Positions 12,598 to 29,670 of a stretch of DNA of 64,000 nucleotides are shown here, piece after piece; position 1 is the first letter of the stretch, and each line of letters starts with the position of its first letter. The notes beneath the pieces were generated by a model. That model ran no database searches. It was not told the origin of the DNA and saw only the letters and a program-made list of their open reading frames with translations. The DNA lies in the NCBI RefSeq assembly GCF_009914755.1, contig NC_060929.1, one strand, 5' to 3'. The position numbers and the translations under genes were made by a program. Source of the DNA: the human T2T-CHM13v2.0 reference genome, Homo sapiens.

Positions 12598-15500
12598 CCA
12601 GGTATTTATTAAAAGAAGAGATTCTCCCAATAATTATCTTAGCATAGAAGCCAATCTTCTATTTCAGGATTACTAAACAAACATCTTGGCAGTTATTTGA
12701 GCAGGATTCAGCATGAAAGAGTGTGTTTACATGGAAGATTTAGACCTAAAATTGTAGGGAAAAAAGCCGGGAAGATTAACAAGTCAGAAATGGCCGTTAT
12801 TATTAGAGATGGCAGGTCTAAAGATACTTTAGCCCTAACTGTGGCACCAGCATATTGAATAAGAATTCATTCTTATTCTCAAAGACCTAGCTGCAAATGG
12901 CACTGCCCTGAAGGTTTCCCTTCTTACCTTTCAAGATATCCCTACCATGTCAGGTAAGAGAGCACTTTCAGAAAGATTCACAAGAATGCCATGTATGTGC
13001 CCCAGACCTTTTTCTCCTTGGTTTCTACAGTGAAATTAAGTGGACTTACATTAAATAAGTTCACGTATTGAGTGAGGCACAGGACAGTGCTGACGATGTA
13101 ATAAGTGCACAAACATATTTGTTTAATCTAAATCTTTGATCAGAAATTATGTAACATACCTTATATAATTTTTTAATTATAAATCTGAGATTCCAACAGA
13201 AATATTTACAGATTAATTTTCCTAGACTAGTATAAGGTTCATAATTGCTAAAGTTTAAAACAAAGCAAATATTCAGGAATAAGAAAATGTATTAGAGTGA
13301 TTACAATTATTACAATTAAACTAGTTTTTACTTGCCCATTCTAAAGTAATCAATGCAAGTATTTAATAAGTAAAAGAAGAGGTTATATAAGCTTTTATAT
13401 ATATACTTTATATAAGAAATTGGTAACCATGGTTGTGCCTCTGGAGAGGGACTGGGAGTTTCATCTTAATACTTATTCTTCTCATGTGCATGCACATTTT
13501 CAGAAAAACTAAAACACTATGTATAATACTAGTTGATACTGGTAAATGTTTAACCCATCCAAGTAGTGATCATTTCAACTTTAGCAGGTATTTCCCTCAG
13601 GCAATATCTGCTTGGCAATTCAGCTGGTATCTGCAGTCTGGGTACCAAATCAGTTATTCTGTTCAGTGGGTGCCTGCCAACTCACAGGAACATGCTGCCC
13701 CATCCAAATCCATTCCTCTGCCCAAAATAGGGAGGGAATCCCTGGGAATATCACACAAATTGGCCTGAATCTACTCAGGATTCCAGCTTTCGGGACACTG
13801 CAGGGATTACTCAGCTCCTCCTACTCCAAGCCTGAGGATTCCAACCAGTATAGCGAGGAGCATTTTCTTTTTTAATATTTTTGTCCCAATCATTTTAACC
13901 ATGGCAAGAGCCAGCTATAAGGATTGCCTCTTGTAGCAGGAGGGTGCTGGGGTATTTCTCACAACATCTCCCTAAGGCAGGGTGCTTTTATCCCGGTTAC
14001 ACAGAGCCACATCCTTGCTTTACAACCCTCCCTCCCTCCTGCCCTTCGGTCTTCTTTCAATCAGATCTCCCTTCTCCATAGGGAAATGTATCACCAAGTA
14101 AGATCGACATGTTCTTTGGTGGGGATGCTGCTTCTTATTAAAGGGAATAATTAAACGGCCCTGTATTTTACTCCTCTCTAAATTCCTTTTGTGTTTCAAA
14201 CAGGAGGTTGTGTTTCACTTCCTCACTGACACAGTTATAGGATACTCTTTCTGGAAGAAAGAATAAAAGCTCACCTATAAGACCTCTGTACTTCTGGTCC
14301 CCACAGACAAAGATGGAAAGGCAATTGATCGGATTCTGAATCAGGTATCAGTGCAAAAGCAAGAGTTCAAAAATCCAGGTGAGTGGCCCAGGTCTTAGAT
14401 GGCAGAAAACCCCGAATAATAAAGCAGGTGGTCACATCAACAGGACACTGACTTCTAATGGGAGAAGGTGGAGTTTTGTGTGGGCCCAGAAACCACACAA
14501 CTAATAACAACCTTCAGCCTGCAGGACAGCCCCTGAACACAGCCCCTTCCCCCTTGCAGTTCCTCACAGGAACTCAGACTCTCTGGCTGCCCCTACCTTG
14601 TCTATCAGTCCAATGCTAGCAACTTGATGGGGTTTGCACTGTAACTGCAACCATAGCAGAGTGCTCATTTTAGATTCATGTCTTGCAAAATATTTCGATA
14701 ACATTCTAGCACCCACATACTCATTGTGGAAAAAAAAAGCAAGAAATAGTATGGGCTTTACACAGAACCAAAAGCAGCAGGCCCCTGTGTGCTTGTGAAC
14801 CAAACGCAACCAAATGTTTCTATTTGTGAGCCAAGATGACTGGGGAATTTCAAATATTTCTGTATTTCATAATTACAAAAGAGGCATGCTTTCAGAATTA
14901 AATGAACACAGTTTTTAAAAAATTTATAAAGCTTGTGATAAAAATGCTTCATTTTATATGCTTATTCAGAGTCTGCTTTTAATTATTTCTTACAAATGTT
15001 TTCAGTAGATATCTTATAGTTTGGCTTTGTTCCCTGGAATCTGAGAGGTGAAACTGGCTAACAAAAATAAATTAGACTGACTAGTCCAATTCCATTGCCT
15101 AAATTGAAACAAATTTTGAGATTTAGAGAAAAGCCAAAAAGAGCTTGAAAAAAATTGCATTATAAAAGTCAATTTCTAATGTTCTAAATTCTTATTCTGA
15201 AAAACAAGGCAATAACATTTACATAACATAAATATATATGTGGCCAGATATTTAGGCATTAAAAACAAGACTGGCACTGACTTATGGAATTCTTTGTGTT
15301 TTGATGTGACAAGGACAAAAGGCTTCTTTTGCTAAAAATAACAACATCCCTACTTAAGAAACCATCTGAATGACATTCTTGAAACTATGTCTTTACTGAA
15401 AATCAGGGCTGTGGCCATGGTATCCAATCAGCTAGTCCACAATAGGTACATTTCTTTTTTTAATTATTATTATTTTTTTTGGTTGGGGAAAGTAACTTTC

Positions 15501-16827
15501 TTAGTTGTTGTGCTTTGCTTTTGAATACTGAGTGTTGTCATATGAAGGAGCCATTTCATATGAGATATTTTCCAGTATAGAATTAGACAGACATTTTTAC
15601 ATAATTCTACTTCCATATAAAGTTGCACTTTTTTTTTTTGCTATCAACTCAGTAACTTAATATGTGTGTGTCAGTGCACGTATGTGTATGTTTAGTCACC
15701 AGCAAAAGAGTTAGCTTTTCTGGACCTAAGTTCTTTTATCTGAAAATGTTATATATGATATTCAAAGCTCTTCCCTTCTAATATGAGTACATGAATGGGA
15801 GTGGCTGTTGGTAGTATAGAGAAAAGGAATATAACATGTATATTTTTACACATATTTTTCATAATAATTATAATTATGTAAAGGTTAAGGAAAGTCATAT
15901 TTTAATTGCATATTTATTTCTAATAAATTAGAAAGCAGATAAAAGGACATGAGGTAGCAGACTTCAAATGCTATAACATATTTTCTCTATCTTTTTTTCT
16001 AGTGAGATTTTGCTCAAGAGAGTGTGATGCTAAATTTTGTTCTGAAAATGAGTGAATTTTCATTCATATTTTGAGACTTAGAATTTGTCATTCTAAGTTT
16101 ATTGTCTAAGTAACTAAATGGTGAATGAGTACAACATAAAAAAGAAATTGTTCTATCAATTCCATACAACATTCACAGTGGAAAGCCTGGAGAGTTTCCT
16201 GATTTATAGAGATAACAGAGTAAATAGGCAACTTGGGGAATGCTTTTTTGAAGTACATTTAAATAGACAAATTAGAGCCTTTGGCATTTCTAGCAAACAT
16301 TTATGGAGGTAAAGGATAAATTATTGGTAATAGGCTCTGATCTATCTTCTTTTCTCCCGATTTTTGATTTTGTACATTCAAATCATTATAAGTTTTTAGC
16401 ATACAAATGGCAAGAAACATGAATATAATATACAGTTTAACTGTGATATTTTATAATCATCTTGACAAATTTCATCATTAAACTTTGATATTATTAGATT
16501 TTACATATAGGATTTTATTTACATATTTCTTTCATACATTTTTACACTCTTGGGCAAATAATATTTCCCTTGGATGTAATAATGCCATTCTCTTTTGGCA
16601 AGAGTGTTTCTTCCAAAAGGATATATTACCAAGCATGGGAAAGAGGAACAGAATGCTTTCATGGCAAGATAAGTTAAATCAGCAGTGATCCCAAATGACT
16701 CTCTTACTCATTTGCATATCTATTTATGTGTTGTCAGCTACATACACAGTATTAAGAAATTCAAAATGTACAAACACCATAAAAGACAGAGTTTTCATCT
16801 TCAAAGAACTTATAGTGAATTGATAAG

Positions 16828-19141
16828 CAGAATTATAAACAAAAACCATATTATCATCTTAATAGATACAGAAAAAGCATTGGACAAAATCCAACATCCC
16901 TTCATGATAAAAACCCTCAGCAAACTAGGCATCAAAGGAATATATCCCAAAATAATAAGAGTCATCTATGAAAAACCCCAAGCCAACATCATGCTGAACA
17001 GGCAAACGCTGGAAACATTCCCCTTAAGAATGGGAACAAGACAAGGATGCCCATTCCTACCATTCCTATTCAACATAGTAACGGAAGTCCTAGTCAGAGC
17101 GATCAGGCAAAAGAAAGAAATGAAGGCACCCAAATAGGAAAAGAGGAAGTAAAATTATTTCTCTTTGCTGACGATGTGATCCTTTACCTAGACAAACCTA
17201 ATGTCCCCACCAAAAGGCTCCTAGACCTGATAATGACTTCAGTAAAGTTTCAGGATACAAAATGAATGTACGAAAATCAGTAGCATTTCTATATACCAGT
17301 GACATTCAAACTGAGACCTACATCAAGAACACAATCTCACTTAACAATAGACACACACACACGCAGGTGCACACACACACACACACACACAAATACCTAG
17401 GACTATCAAGAAGGTGAAAGATCTCTACAAGGAGAACTACAAAACACTACTGAAATAAATGACACATGATAGACAACATAAACAAATGGAAAAACATTTC
17501 ATGCTCATAGCTTTGAATGACTAATATCACTAAAATGTCCATACTGCCCAAAGCAATGTACAGATTCAACAGTATTTCTATGAAGTTATCAATGTTATTT
17601 TTCACAGAATTAGAAAAACCTATTCTAAAATGTAAAATGGAGCCAAAAATAGAGCAGAATAGCCAAAGCAATCCTAAAGAAAAAGAACAAAGCCAGAGGC
17701 ATCACCTGACTTCAAATTATACTGCAAAACTACAGTAACCAAAACAGAATGATACTGGTACAAAAATAGACACATAGACCAATGAAACAGAATAGAGAAC
17801 CCCAAAATAAAGCTGCACGCCTACAGCCATCTGATCTTTGACAATGTCAACAAAAATAAGCAGGGGGGAAGGGACTCCTTATTCAATAAACAGTGCTGAG
17901 AAAACTGGCTAACCACATGCAGAAGAATGAAACTGGACCCCTACCTCTTAACTCAGGATGGATTAAAGACTTAAATGGGAGACCTCAAACTATAAAAATC
18001 CTAGAATAAAACCTAGAAAATACTCTTCTGGACACTGGCCTAGGCAAAGATTTTATGACTAAGTCCCCAAAAGCAATTGCATACAAAAACAAAAATTGAA
18101 AATTAGGATCTAATTAAACTGAAGAGCTTCTGAACAGCAAAAGAAACTATCAACCAAGTAAACAGACAACCTACAGAATGGGAGAAAATATTTGCAAACT
18201 ATGCATTCAACAAAAGCCTAATATCCAGAATCCATAAGAAACTTATACAAATCAATAAGAAAAAAACCAAATAACCCCATTAAAATGTGGGAAAAGGTCA
18301 TGAACAGACACTTTTCAAAAGAAGACATACAAGCAACCAATAAACATGAAAATATACTCAATATCACTAATCATCAGAGAAATGCAAATCAAAACCACAA
18401 GGAGATACCATCTCACACCAGTCAGAATGGCTACTATATTGAAAAGTAAAAAAATAACGGATGTTGGCGAGACGGTAGAGAAAAGGGAATGGTTGTACAC
18501 TGTTTGCAGAAATGAAAATTAGTTCAGACCCTGTGGAAAACAGTTTGGAGATTTCCAAAAGAACTAAAATTAGACCTACCATTTTGACCCAGCAATCCCA
18601 TTACTGGGTATAATACCAAAGGAAAATAAACCATCCTACCAAAGAGATGCCTGCACTTGTATGTATGTTTATCACAGCACTATTTACAATAGCAAAGACA
18701 TGGAAGCAACCTAGGTGCCCATCAACGGTGGATTGGATAAAGAAAATATGGTACATATACACTGTGGAATACTACACAGCCACAAGAAAAAACAAAATCA
18801 CATCCTTTGAAGCAACATGGATGCAGCCATAAGCCATTGAATGAATGAATGAATGAATGCAGAAACAGCAAACCAAATGTTGCATGTTTTCACTTATAAG
18901 TGGAAGCTAAAATTTGCATACACACATACATAACGATGGGAACAGTGACACAAGGAACTCAAAAAGAGGGGAGGGAGAGAGGAGGCAAGGGCTGAAAAAC
19001 TTCCAATTGGGTACTATGTTCATTATCTTAGTGACAAGATCAATAGAAACTCGAACCTCAGCATCATGCAATATATCCATGTAACAAACCTGCACATGTA
19101 CCACCTGAATCTAAAATAAAAAATTTAAAAAATTAAAAAAA
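16828..19141 (+). mobile_element. 5'-truncated L1PB (ORF2 RT/C-terminal remnant plus 3'UTR)
   Basis: ORF fragments '[19 protein letters not shown]', 'GTRQGCP', 'LFADDVILYL' are L1 ORF2; L1PB-type 3'UTR and A tail; internal (CA)n at ~17351-17391 and (GAAT)n at ~18838. Confidence 0.92.
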
Positions 19142-19239
19142 TATTTATATGTGAATTGAAAAGAGAAGATAAATTATAGTTAGGGAATATTTAAATTGCA
19201 GTGCTCTAAGTACCTACCTCAGCATCTGGCACTATAGGC

Positions 19240-19950
19240 TCTCAATGCATTCCTTCAACAAATATTTATTTAGCACTTACTACATTCCAGGCTCTGGTCT
19301 ATGTGCTGGAGACACATCAGTGAGCATAACAGAAAAATTGTAACTTCTGTAGTGAGTTGAACTGTGGTCCACAAAAGATAAGTTCACCCGGAATAAGAAT
19401 GTAAACTTACTTGTAAAAAGGATCTTTGCAGATGTAATTAAGGTAAAGATTTTGAGATAAGATCACCATGTATTAGGGTGAGCTACAAGTCCAATGATTT
19501 ATGATTTCCTCAAGAAATTATGTTTAAGATCAGAAAAAGAGAAGACACAGAGACCCAGATTAAAAAAAAAAAAAAGGCCACGAGAGGACACAGGCAGAGA
19601 TTCAACCTCATGAAGCCCCATGCCAAGGAGTGCCAAGGGTTGGAAGCAGCCACTGGCGGCTATGAAAGGCATGCAAGCAATCATCCCCCAGAGCCTCCAG
19701 AGGGAACCAGCCCTACAGCACCTTGATTTTGAACTGTATTCTGAGATGCAGAATTCTCTCTGCAACTCAGAGAGAATAAATTTCTGCTGTTTCGAGCCAC
19801 CCATTTGTGGTCATTTATATGGCAGCCCCAGGAAAGGAACACATCTGCCTTTACAAAGCTTAAATTCTAGTGTGGAGAGATAAACAATAAATAAATAAAT
19901 AAGCAAAATATGTAGTGTGTTAGATGGTGATAATTGCTATGGATATAAAT
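19240..19950 (-). mobile_element. L2 3' fragment, interrupted by the MLT1 LTR
   Basis: 'ttcaacaaatatttatttagcacttactac' before the LTR and 'ctgcctttacaaagcttaaattctagtg' after it. Confidence 0.6.
19348..19843 (+). mobile_element. MLT1C-like LTR
   Basis: 'tgtagtgagttgaa..tctttgcagatgtaattaag..gccaaggagtgccaag..gagaataaatttctgctg'. Confidence 0.8.
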
Positions 19951-20051
19951 ACTACAGAAAAGGGGCATAAAGAAAAATAAATAGTATAGGTGTGATATGG
20001 GTGTGTATGTGTATTGTTAGTGGAAAGTGCTGTAGGGAAAGGGGAGAATCA

Positions 20052-21213
20052 GAGATGGGTTTATGGTGAAGATGATAAAAGCCAAAGCTGCAGGGCTCTC
20101 TGCTTGCATAAGTACCTGCCGAGGCTCTGGGGCGGTGCCCTGGCAAGTGTGTTTATTTAGCCAGATGCTTTGGCAAAATTTGCAAAAGTAAAATTAAAAT
20201 TATCCCAATATCAAGAAGTGAGTTAGAAAGATGTTTTGAATGTTTAAACAAGTGAAAAATTACTGACTCCTGATTTCAATATACGTGAAGGATGCTTTTT
20301 TATCCTTAATTTTTTTAGATTAAAGGACTAAAAATATAAATGAATAAGAAAATTTCAAATACAATTATTGGAGTATGAAGAAAATGCAGTAAAGCCAAGT
20401 GGTTAAATCAATAGAAATTATTCAGATATCAGACAGTACATTGTAACAATTTTTTTCCAGATCATCTCAAAAGTGGTAATTCAATAAGAGAAAGAGATAA
20501 ATTTCAAATAGATATGATGAATTGGCCCTTGGGTTGCTTGACAAGTAAATTAATGAAAAGGAGTTAATCAAACTAACACACATTGAAACAATTTTTAATT
20601 TTTTTCTGATTTGATATAAAATGTTGACATTGACAGAGAGGATCTAAATCTCATGACAAATGCAGTGACACTTCGATGACAAACTGGTAAAAGAATACAA
20701 GTATGTAAGATTAGTCAACATACACACCCACAAACACACACACCACATCGAATGCCCTGAAATCTTACGCTCCTACATGAAAAAAAAATTTAAATATTTC
20801 TCAAAATTTGATAACAATGTTAATGTATATGACATTACAAAACTTTTCTAATTATTAATAATTTTTTAAAAATCAACAATCCTGAAGAAAAGTTTAAAGT
20901 ATCTTCCCAATCTCTACATAGAAAATATTACAATTTCAGTGTCATTTAAAGAGACAATCAAAGAATATTTAGCCAAGCATAGGGGAAAATGTATTATAAA
21001 ATTGGGTTGGACAGTTAATAAAATGTTATGATTTATAATATTTTGTGGTAGTTGGGATATATGTTAACTTAAAATTTGAATTCATAGTGATATCTTTTCT
21101 CCTTTTAACTATTCACTTTGTATTGGGCTTGTATTATATTAGTAATTGTTATTTTTGCTCTTAAAGGGAATTCCATATCTGAACCAGCTTCGGGCCCAGG
21201 TTCCAGCTGCTCT
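20052..21213 (+). mobile_element. Zaphod/MER115-like hAT-Tip100 DNA transposon relic
   Basis: Left end 'tttatggtgaag..aagctgcagggc..ggccctggcaagtgtgtt'-like and right end 'agcttcgggccc' resemble Zaphod; decayed hAT C-terminal coding remnant at ~20840-20975. Confidence 0.6.
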
Positions 21214-22699
21214 GTCCCCACAGAAATGCACCAGCTCTGTAAGAGAAACTAAAAGACTGGAGAGGAGAACGTGAACACAGTCAGGCTGTGGAGATCCAAA
21301 GAAGTCACAGTGTTATAGAAAGGGACACAATCCCAATGACAGAGCAAAAGCATCTAGGGATGATGGAGAGGGTCTTGACTTACAGGTTGCTGAGGCTCAA
21401 CGTTTCCTCTCTACCTTGCTTTTGTTGATAGCATATTGTCAGTGGAAGATCTCTCTATATTCCACTCTGGACCTGAAGGTTATGCTCTCATTCTGTGTCC
21501 TCAACAAAAATCTCAGAGGGGTGGAAGTCAGATTTGATTTCCCTTTTCTTTCAGTAACATTTTGATTAATTCCCCCAAAGCTTCATTCCACAGACTTGGA
21601 GATTTTGACCTGAACTGTTCTCCAGGTCTGAAAGCATGACTGAATAACCACTGTCACCTAACATCTGTATGTGCTCGCCCATGCACAAAACACTCACACT
21701 CCCTGGTCTGCTCTCCTGGCAGTCTATTGAAGGGAATTTTTACTAGAACACAGTGGCATCAAGACACACCAAAATCAGGAAAACAGCAGAACATAAAAAC
21801 GGGCTGGCTTCTGAAGCACAGATTCCTTATCCTAAGTTAACCTTAGTAATCAAGAAGACAAGCCTCCCCCAAGTACAGCAAGATCTATTGTGAAAATACG
21901 TGCCTAAAATTTTCCTATTTAGCTTTTCACATTACTCTTTCCATTAGTAAAGTCTATTCCATAGTTATACAGAGTTTTTGTCTAACTTAATGTGGGATTT
22001 TATTAGAAAATATAACACCCTCTTCTCACTGTTCAGGTGAGAAACACAGCCCTATTCAGAGTGGGATGGCTTGTTTCCTGCCTTGAGTTTTCAGCTCAAA
22101 AATGCCTCTAAGATCCCAACCCTCCTAGACTGATGAAGGGATGGAACTCCTAAGACCAGCTCTTGTTCTTTTACTTCTACAGTCATTTCTTAACTTCATC
22201 TAATAGTAATTCTTTTGACAGGATCTGCAAGTTCTATGATTTTTGCAAGCAGATTTTTATAAGCAGAGTTATCTAGCAATATGTGGAAGGGAAACACATT
22301 GCAGGCTACTCACAGAGTCTGTGTTATACCCATATTTGGAACAGATGCAGATATAAAATGCACTTGGTTCCATGAGAGAAGCTTCAAAAGAGGAAAGGCC
22401 AATGTAATGGGCCTAGAACATGACAACTGAAGTGTCCATTGACATCATGTCAAACAACAATCTGCCTGCTATGTTCTGACCCATTCTCTTCTTAAGATTT
22501 TGACCTTTACTTTGGTCTCATTATGAGAATGAAAAGTTCAATTTTTTTAAATAAAATTAACCAATATATTTATAGGATTTAAAAAAATCAGAAGCAACCA
22601 GCGTTTGGCTTCAGCTGGACTAATCTAATGGCAAGTATCCCTTCCGCACCATATGATTTTTGTTGATCTGCTTCTTCACTGCTAGGCAGTTGTGAAGTT

Positions 22700-23875
22700 T
22701 GGCTCTCTTCTTTAACAATACCCAGCTTCTTCACTCAGTGTTCTAAACCAGGATCTCAATCCTTCTCCTGAGTGTCCACATCTACTCCTAGGCTCTCTTC
22801 TCTACTCAGTCTTTACATAGGCAATGTCTTCTATACCCAAACATAAGTGAGGTAAGTCTATCTACTCTGCCTCTAAATATCTCTCAAAATCTGATCATTT
22901 CTCTTCTCCCCACTCCCTCTACTCTAGACCATGATGCCTTCATTTCCCACCTGAATTACTGCAGTAGCTTCCTGATTGGTCTCTCCACAGAAACTCTTGT
23001 TGCACTCTCCTATCCAATCTCTATCAGTAGCCACAGTCATCTTTTTTTAAAAAGGCAAATTTGATTTAACCCCATTCTTAATTGGTTTAGCATTACCATA
23101 TTCTTAGTCTTGCTGACGTCTGTATCCTGTGTACCTCGTCAGCCTCATCTGGCTCCATGGTATTGCTTAATTTACAGTTAGATTATGTTTTTCTTCTCTC
23201 AATTCTTTGATTATACCATGCTCTATTTTGCTTCAAGGCCTTTGCACATACTAAGAAAAATTAAAGTTTTAAAAAAAGAACTTCTACAATTTTCAACCAC
23301 CACGACTACCCAATGACCTGCATCTGTGCCCATATACTCTACGTTCTCTTATTTTACTATGGATAAACTGTCCTTGATCCAAAACCAAGACTAGTCCCTT
23401 CTGTTGTACACTGGATCAATCCCTTTTTATCTGCTCAAAGACATTATCCCAGCAATTTCCTGCAACATCAATTTTTCCCTCTCCACTGAATTGTCCCCCT
23501 CAGCATACAACCATGCTGTTAATTCCTCAACTTAAAAAAAACAATCTTGGCTCACATTGTCCTTCACCTATATCTCATCACTCCCCTTTCCTCTGCAGAG
23601 AAACTCTAGCAGCATGGTTGGCTTCCTCAAGTCCTCTAATCCTTTATTCAAAGTTACATTCTCAGTGAGATCTTCCATGGTTACCCTAAAACTCTAACCT
23701 CTTGATCCATGAGAGCAGGGATATTTGTCAACATTATATGCTATGTGACTCCAATGCATATCTCCATTAAGGAAGGCACTATGCCTCTTTTTGCTCACTG
23801 CTGTATCTTGAGTACCTGGCATTATCCCTGTTTCAGAGAGGGCGCACAATCACTCTGGTGAATGAAGGAATCAAT
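22700..23875 (+). mobile_element. L2 fragments
   Basis: 'cacctgaattactgcagtagcttcctgattggtctc', 'ggcctttgcacat', ending 'tgaatgaaggaatcaatg'. Confidence 0.65.
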
Positions 23876-24023
23876 GCACCAGCATTATAACCACTTCACC
23901 TCTCCTTGGCCCCCTCCCTGCCACAAGAAGCAGATAGTTATGGTATTTTAATACTTTACAAGCTTAAATATCCTGGTAATTTGTGCAGTCAGTAACTTCT
24001 TACTAAAGTTACTAAGTCTAAAT

Positions 24024-24205
24024 CAAGGCTTGGCAAAGTTTTTCTGTAAAGCACCAGATATTAAACATTGTTGACTCTGCAGGCCGAATGGTCTCCATCT
24101 CCACTACTCTACTCTGCAGTAGTAGTGCAAGCTCCAAGAAACCTTCATTTATAAAACAAGTGGCAGGCAGCATTTGGCCCACAGGCTGTAGTGTGACAAC
24201 CCTTA
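24024..24205 (+). mobile_element. MER58A (hAT-Charlie)
   Basis: 'ggcaaagtttttctgtaaag..ccagata..tttggcccacaggctgtagt'; 8-bp TSD gtctaaat/gtctaact. Confidence 0.85.
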
Positions 24206-25535
24206 GTCTAACTTGTTTTTATGGATGTTAACTCATCTTCTAAACAGGAGCACATGAAAATGATAACAGCATTGTTCCCATCCAGGTAGCAAGGTCAGCC
24301 CTTTCCATTGCCTCACAGGCCCTTGGAGCCCTCACAAGTGAGGATCTCATCTGTTACCCCCACCTCTCAACTCAATCTCTGGTTCGCTACTAGTTTACAA
24401 CATAAAGTTAGTTTACAAAGGCAATTACCGCCAACAGTAAAGATTAAAGAACAGTAAAATAACATCTCTCTACTTGAGGATATCACATGAATTTTATATC
24501 CAATATACTTCAAATCCTATTATGCTTCATTGTCTCATGACCCCTCCAAGGAAAGTATATTAGAGCTTTTCTTCGTCTAGAGCCTTAATAGAAAGACAAA
24601 CTCTAGGAGGGAGGGGAAAATGTAGATTCTTATAATCCTTTCAGAGGCATTTACAAAAACCTATATTTTTACATTTTGTAGATGACATATTTCTCTCTCA
24701 GGTGTATAGGCCTATGTCATTCAAAACAATCTTCCATTTGCTTGTGCATACAAAATGCTGCAACATAATAATTTAAATGCAAATAAGAAGCCACCCATAG
24801 ACAACTTTATTTTGTGGTTGTGATCTGAGGCTAATCGAAGTAGTCATTTTCCAGATGAAAAATGTCTTTTAAATAAGAGAAATGGTACAGATGTTTCAAC
24901 TGATGCCAATTTTATTTTTGCAAATGTCATCTGAGTTTGGTTTTCTCATCAATTAACAGACTCTAATATAGCATTGTACAAAGTCAATTTTCTAAAAATC
25001 ATTTTCAAACTGTTAAAGCAATAATCTGTGGCAGTTTAATAACAGAGCTTAGTGTTATGTGACAATACATATTATTTTGAATGGACAAGGGTTTTAGTTA
25101 ATGGTGCCAATTTACAACAATGAAATCTAACTTACTGTCCACTGTCAAGGCAGATTTTCACTGTATTTAAGATATTCCTAGCAGAGAACTTTTATAGTTG
25201 TTAAAAGTACATTATTTCTTTCAGGCCAACAAATCAGAAACCATTTAGCCCCAAATATATAATTTCCTAATTGGTAAATTAAACTACAGGTGTGGGGAAT
25301 TTTTATGGCGAGCTGACCTGGAGTTTTCTCAGAATCTCAAATGCCCCAGGAATCATAGTCACCTTCATTTTCTTTTCATACCACGTAAGGGTTACTTTGG
25401 CATAATCGGAGTCAGCTTATGTCACTCTCAGATAATTATTGATGTCAGCAGGGCCTTCTTCAGAAAGAGGGAAGTAACTTCAGTCAGAAATTGCAAAACA
25501 TTCAAATATTTTAGAAAGAAAATTAAAGATTAGAT

Positions 25536-26866
<1,331 letters not shown>

Positions 26867-27004
26867 TAAAGCTAGAACCATATAACAGCCCTCCATCATT
26901 AGCAGTTTTAGAAATTTGGATAGAATACAAAATAATAGTGAAACCAAATTTGATATTCTGGCATATCTAGGTTAAGATAAAATACCTTAACCTAGATATT
27001 TGAT

Positions 27005-27170
27005 CTTGGTTCTTTCTGATACTGAGGAAATTGTTTAACTTCTCCAGGCTTCTGTTTTCTTATAAGTAAAATAAGATAATAATGGTACCTACCGTAGCAT
27101 CATCCTGAGTATGAAACACAATATAACATATCCAGTGTTTAGCATAAGGTCTGGCACGTGATAATGTATT
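27005..27170 (+). mobile_element. MIR
   Basis: 'aacttctccaggcttctgttttcttataagtaaaataagataataatggtacctacc'. Confidence 0.65.
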
Positions 27171-27834
27171 ATTCTCCATTCTTCAAATTTATTATTGACA
27201 ATTTGAGATGGAAGATAAAAGACAAAGAAGAAAGAGTACTGTGTTCATCAAGGAAGAAAAGGCACCCCCCCCCCCAAAAAAAGAGAAGCATCTTGATATA
27301 ATATGTAGTTTCTTTAATATTTCTATTATTGATGCCAGAACCTATTTGTAAACTATTTTAATTGCATTTTCTGTTAAGCCAACCAATTTCTTCTAAGCTA
27401 CAGGAAATATTACTGCATGTGCAACTAATATTCTAAAGCATTCAGAAATTCAAATATCTACCCACTTCTCTTCACAAGTCCACCATTCACATTAGAACAA
27501 GGCATTAATTTATTTGAAATGATTCACATCTCACAAAGAATGGCTTTTGTAGATCCTTTCTATTTTACAAAGGAAGACTATCTGAAGAATAGATATTTTA
27601 TTAGGAGGAAAGATGGGAGAAGAAAACAAATTTGGAAGAATGGAATTATAATTGAGGTAAAAAGCTGTGAATATAATTGAATAGAATATATTAAGGTTGA
27701 AAGAAGATGCCTGGAGGGAAAGGAGTACTCTCAAGGGTTTCTGAGAATGTTGTGTTCACCTGCTAATGTCTCACCTGCCAGGTCTTGACCCTGATGATAA
27801 GGTTTGGGTAATGACTTGTCTCTGAAATACTTCT

Positions 27835-28202
27835 TGACATGGTTTGGCTGTGTCCCCACCCATATCTCATCTTTTGAATTGTAGTTCTCATAATCCCCAT
27901 GTGTCACAGGAGAGACCTGGTAGAAGGTAATTGAACCATGGGGGCAGTTACCTCCATACTGTTCTCGTGATAGTGAGTTCTCATGAGAGCTGATGGTTTT
28001 ATAGAGGCTTTTCCCCACTTTGCTCTGCAGTTCTCCTTGCTGCCACCACGTGAAGAAGGGTTTGCTTCCCCTTCTGCCATGATTGTAAGTTTCCTGAGGC
28101 CTCCCCAGCCATGCTGAACTGTGAGTCAATTAAACCTCTTTCTTTTGTAAATTACCCCGTCTAGGGCAGTTCTTTATAGCAGTGTGAGAACGGACAAATA
28201 CA
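27835..28202 (+). mobile_element. THE1B-like solo LTR
   Basis: 'tgacatggtttggctgtgtccccaccc...aataca'; perfect 5-bp TSD cttct. Confidence 0.92.
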
Positions 28203-28427
28203 CTTCTCAAGTACTTCACACATGTATGCACACTCCTGTGACTGCATGCACACTACAACAAAGACAGTAACTTCTGGAGAACAAGGACACCTGTAACAAA
28301 AGTTAAATGCAACTTTTTTCATCTTTTTCCTCACGATTGTCTTCAAAATGTTTGTATCAGGAACAACGCTGATAAATTTAGCACTAGGTGTGAGGGAGAG
28401 TTAGACAAAGATATGTTCCAGTATTAA

Positions 28428-29670
<1,243 letters not shown>

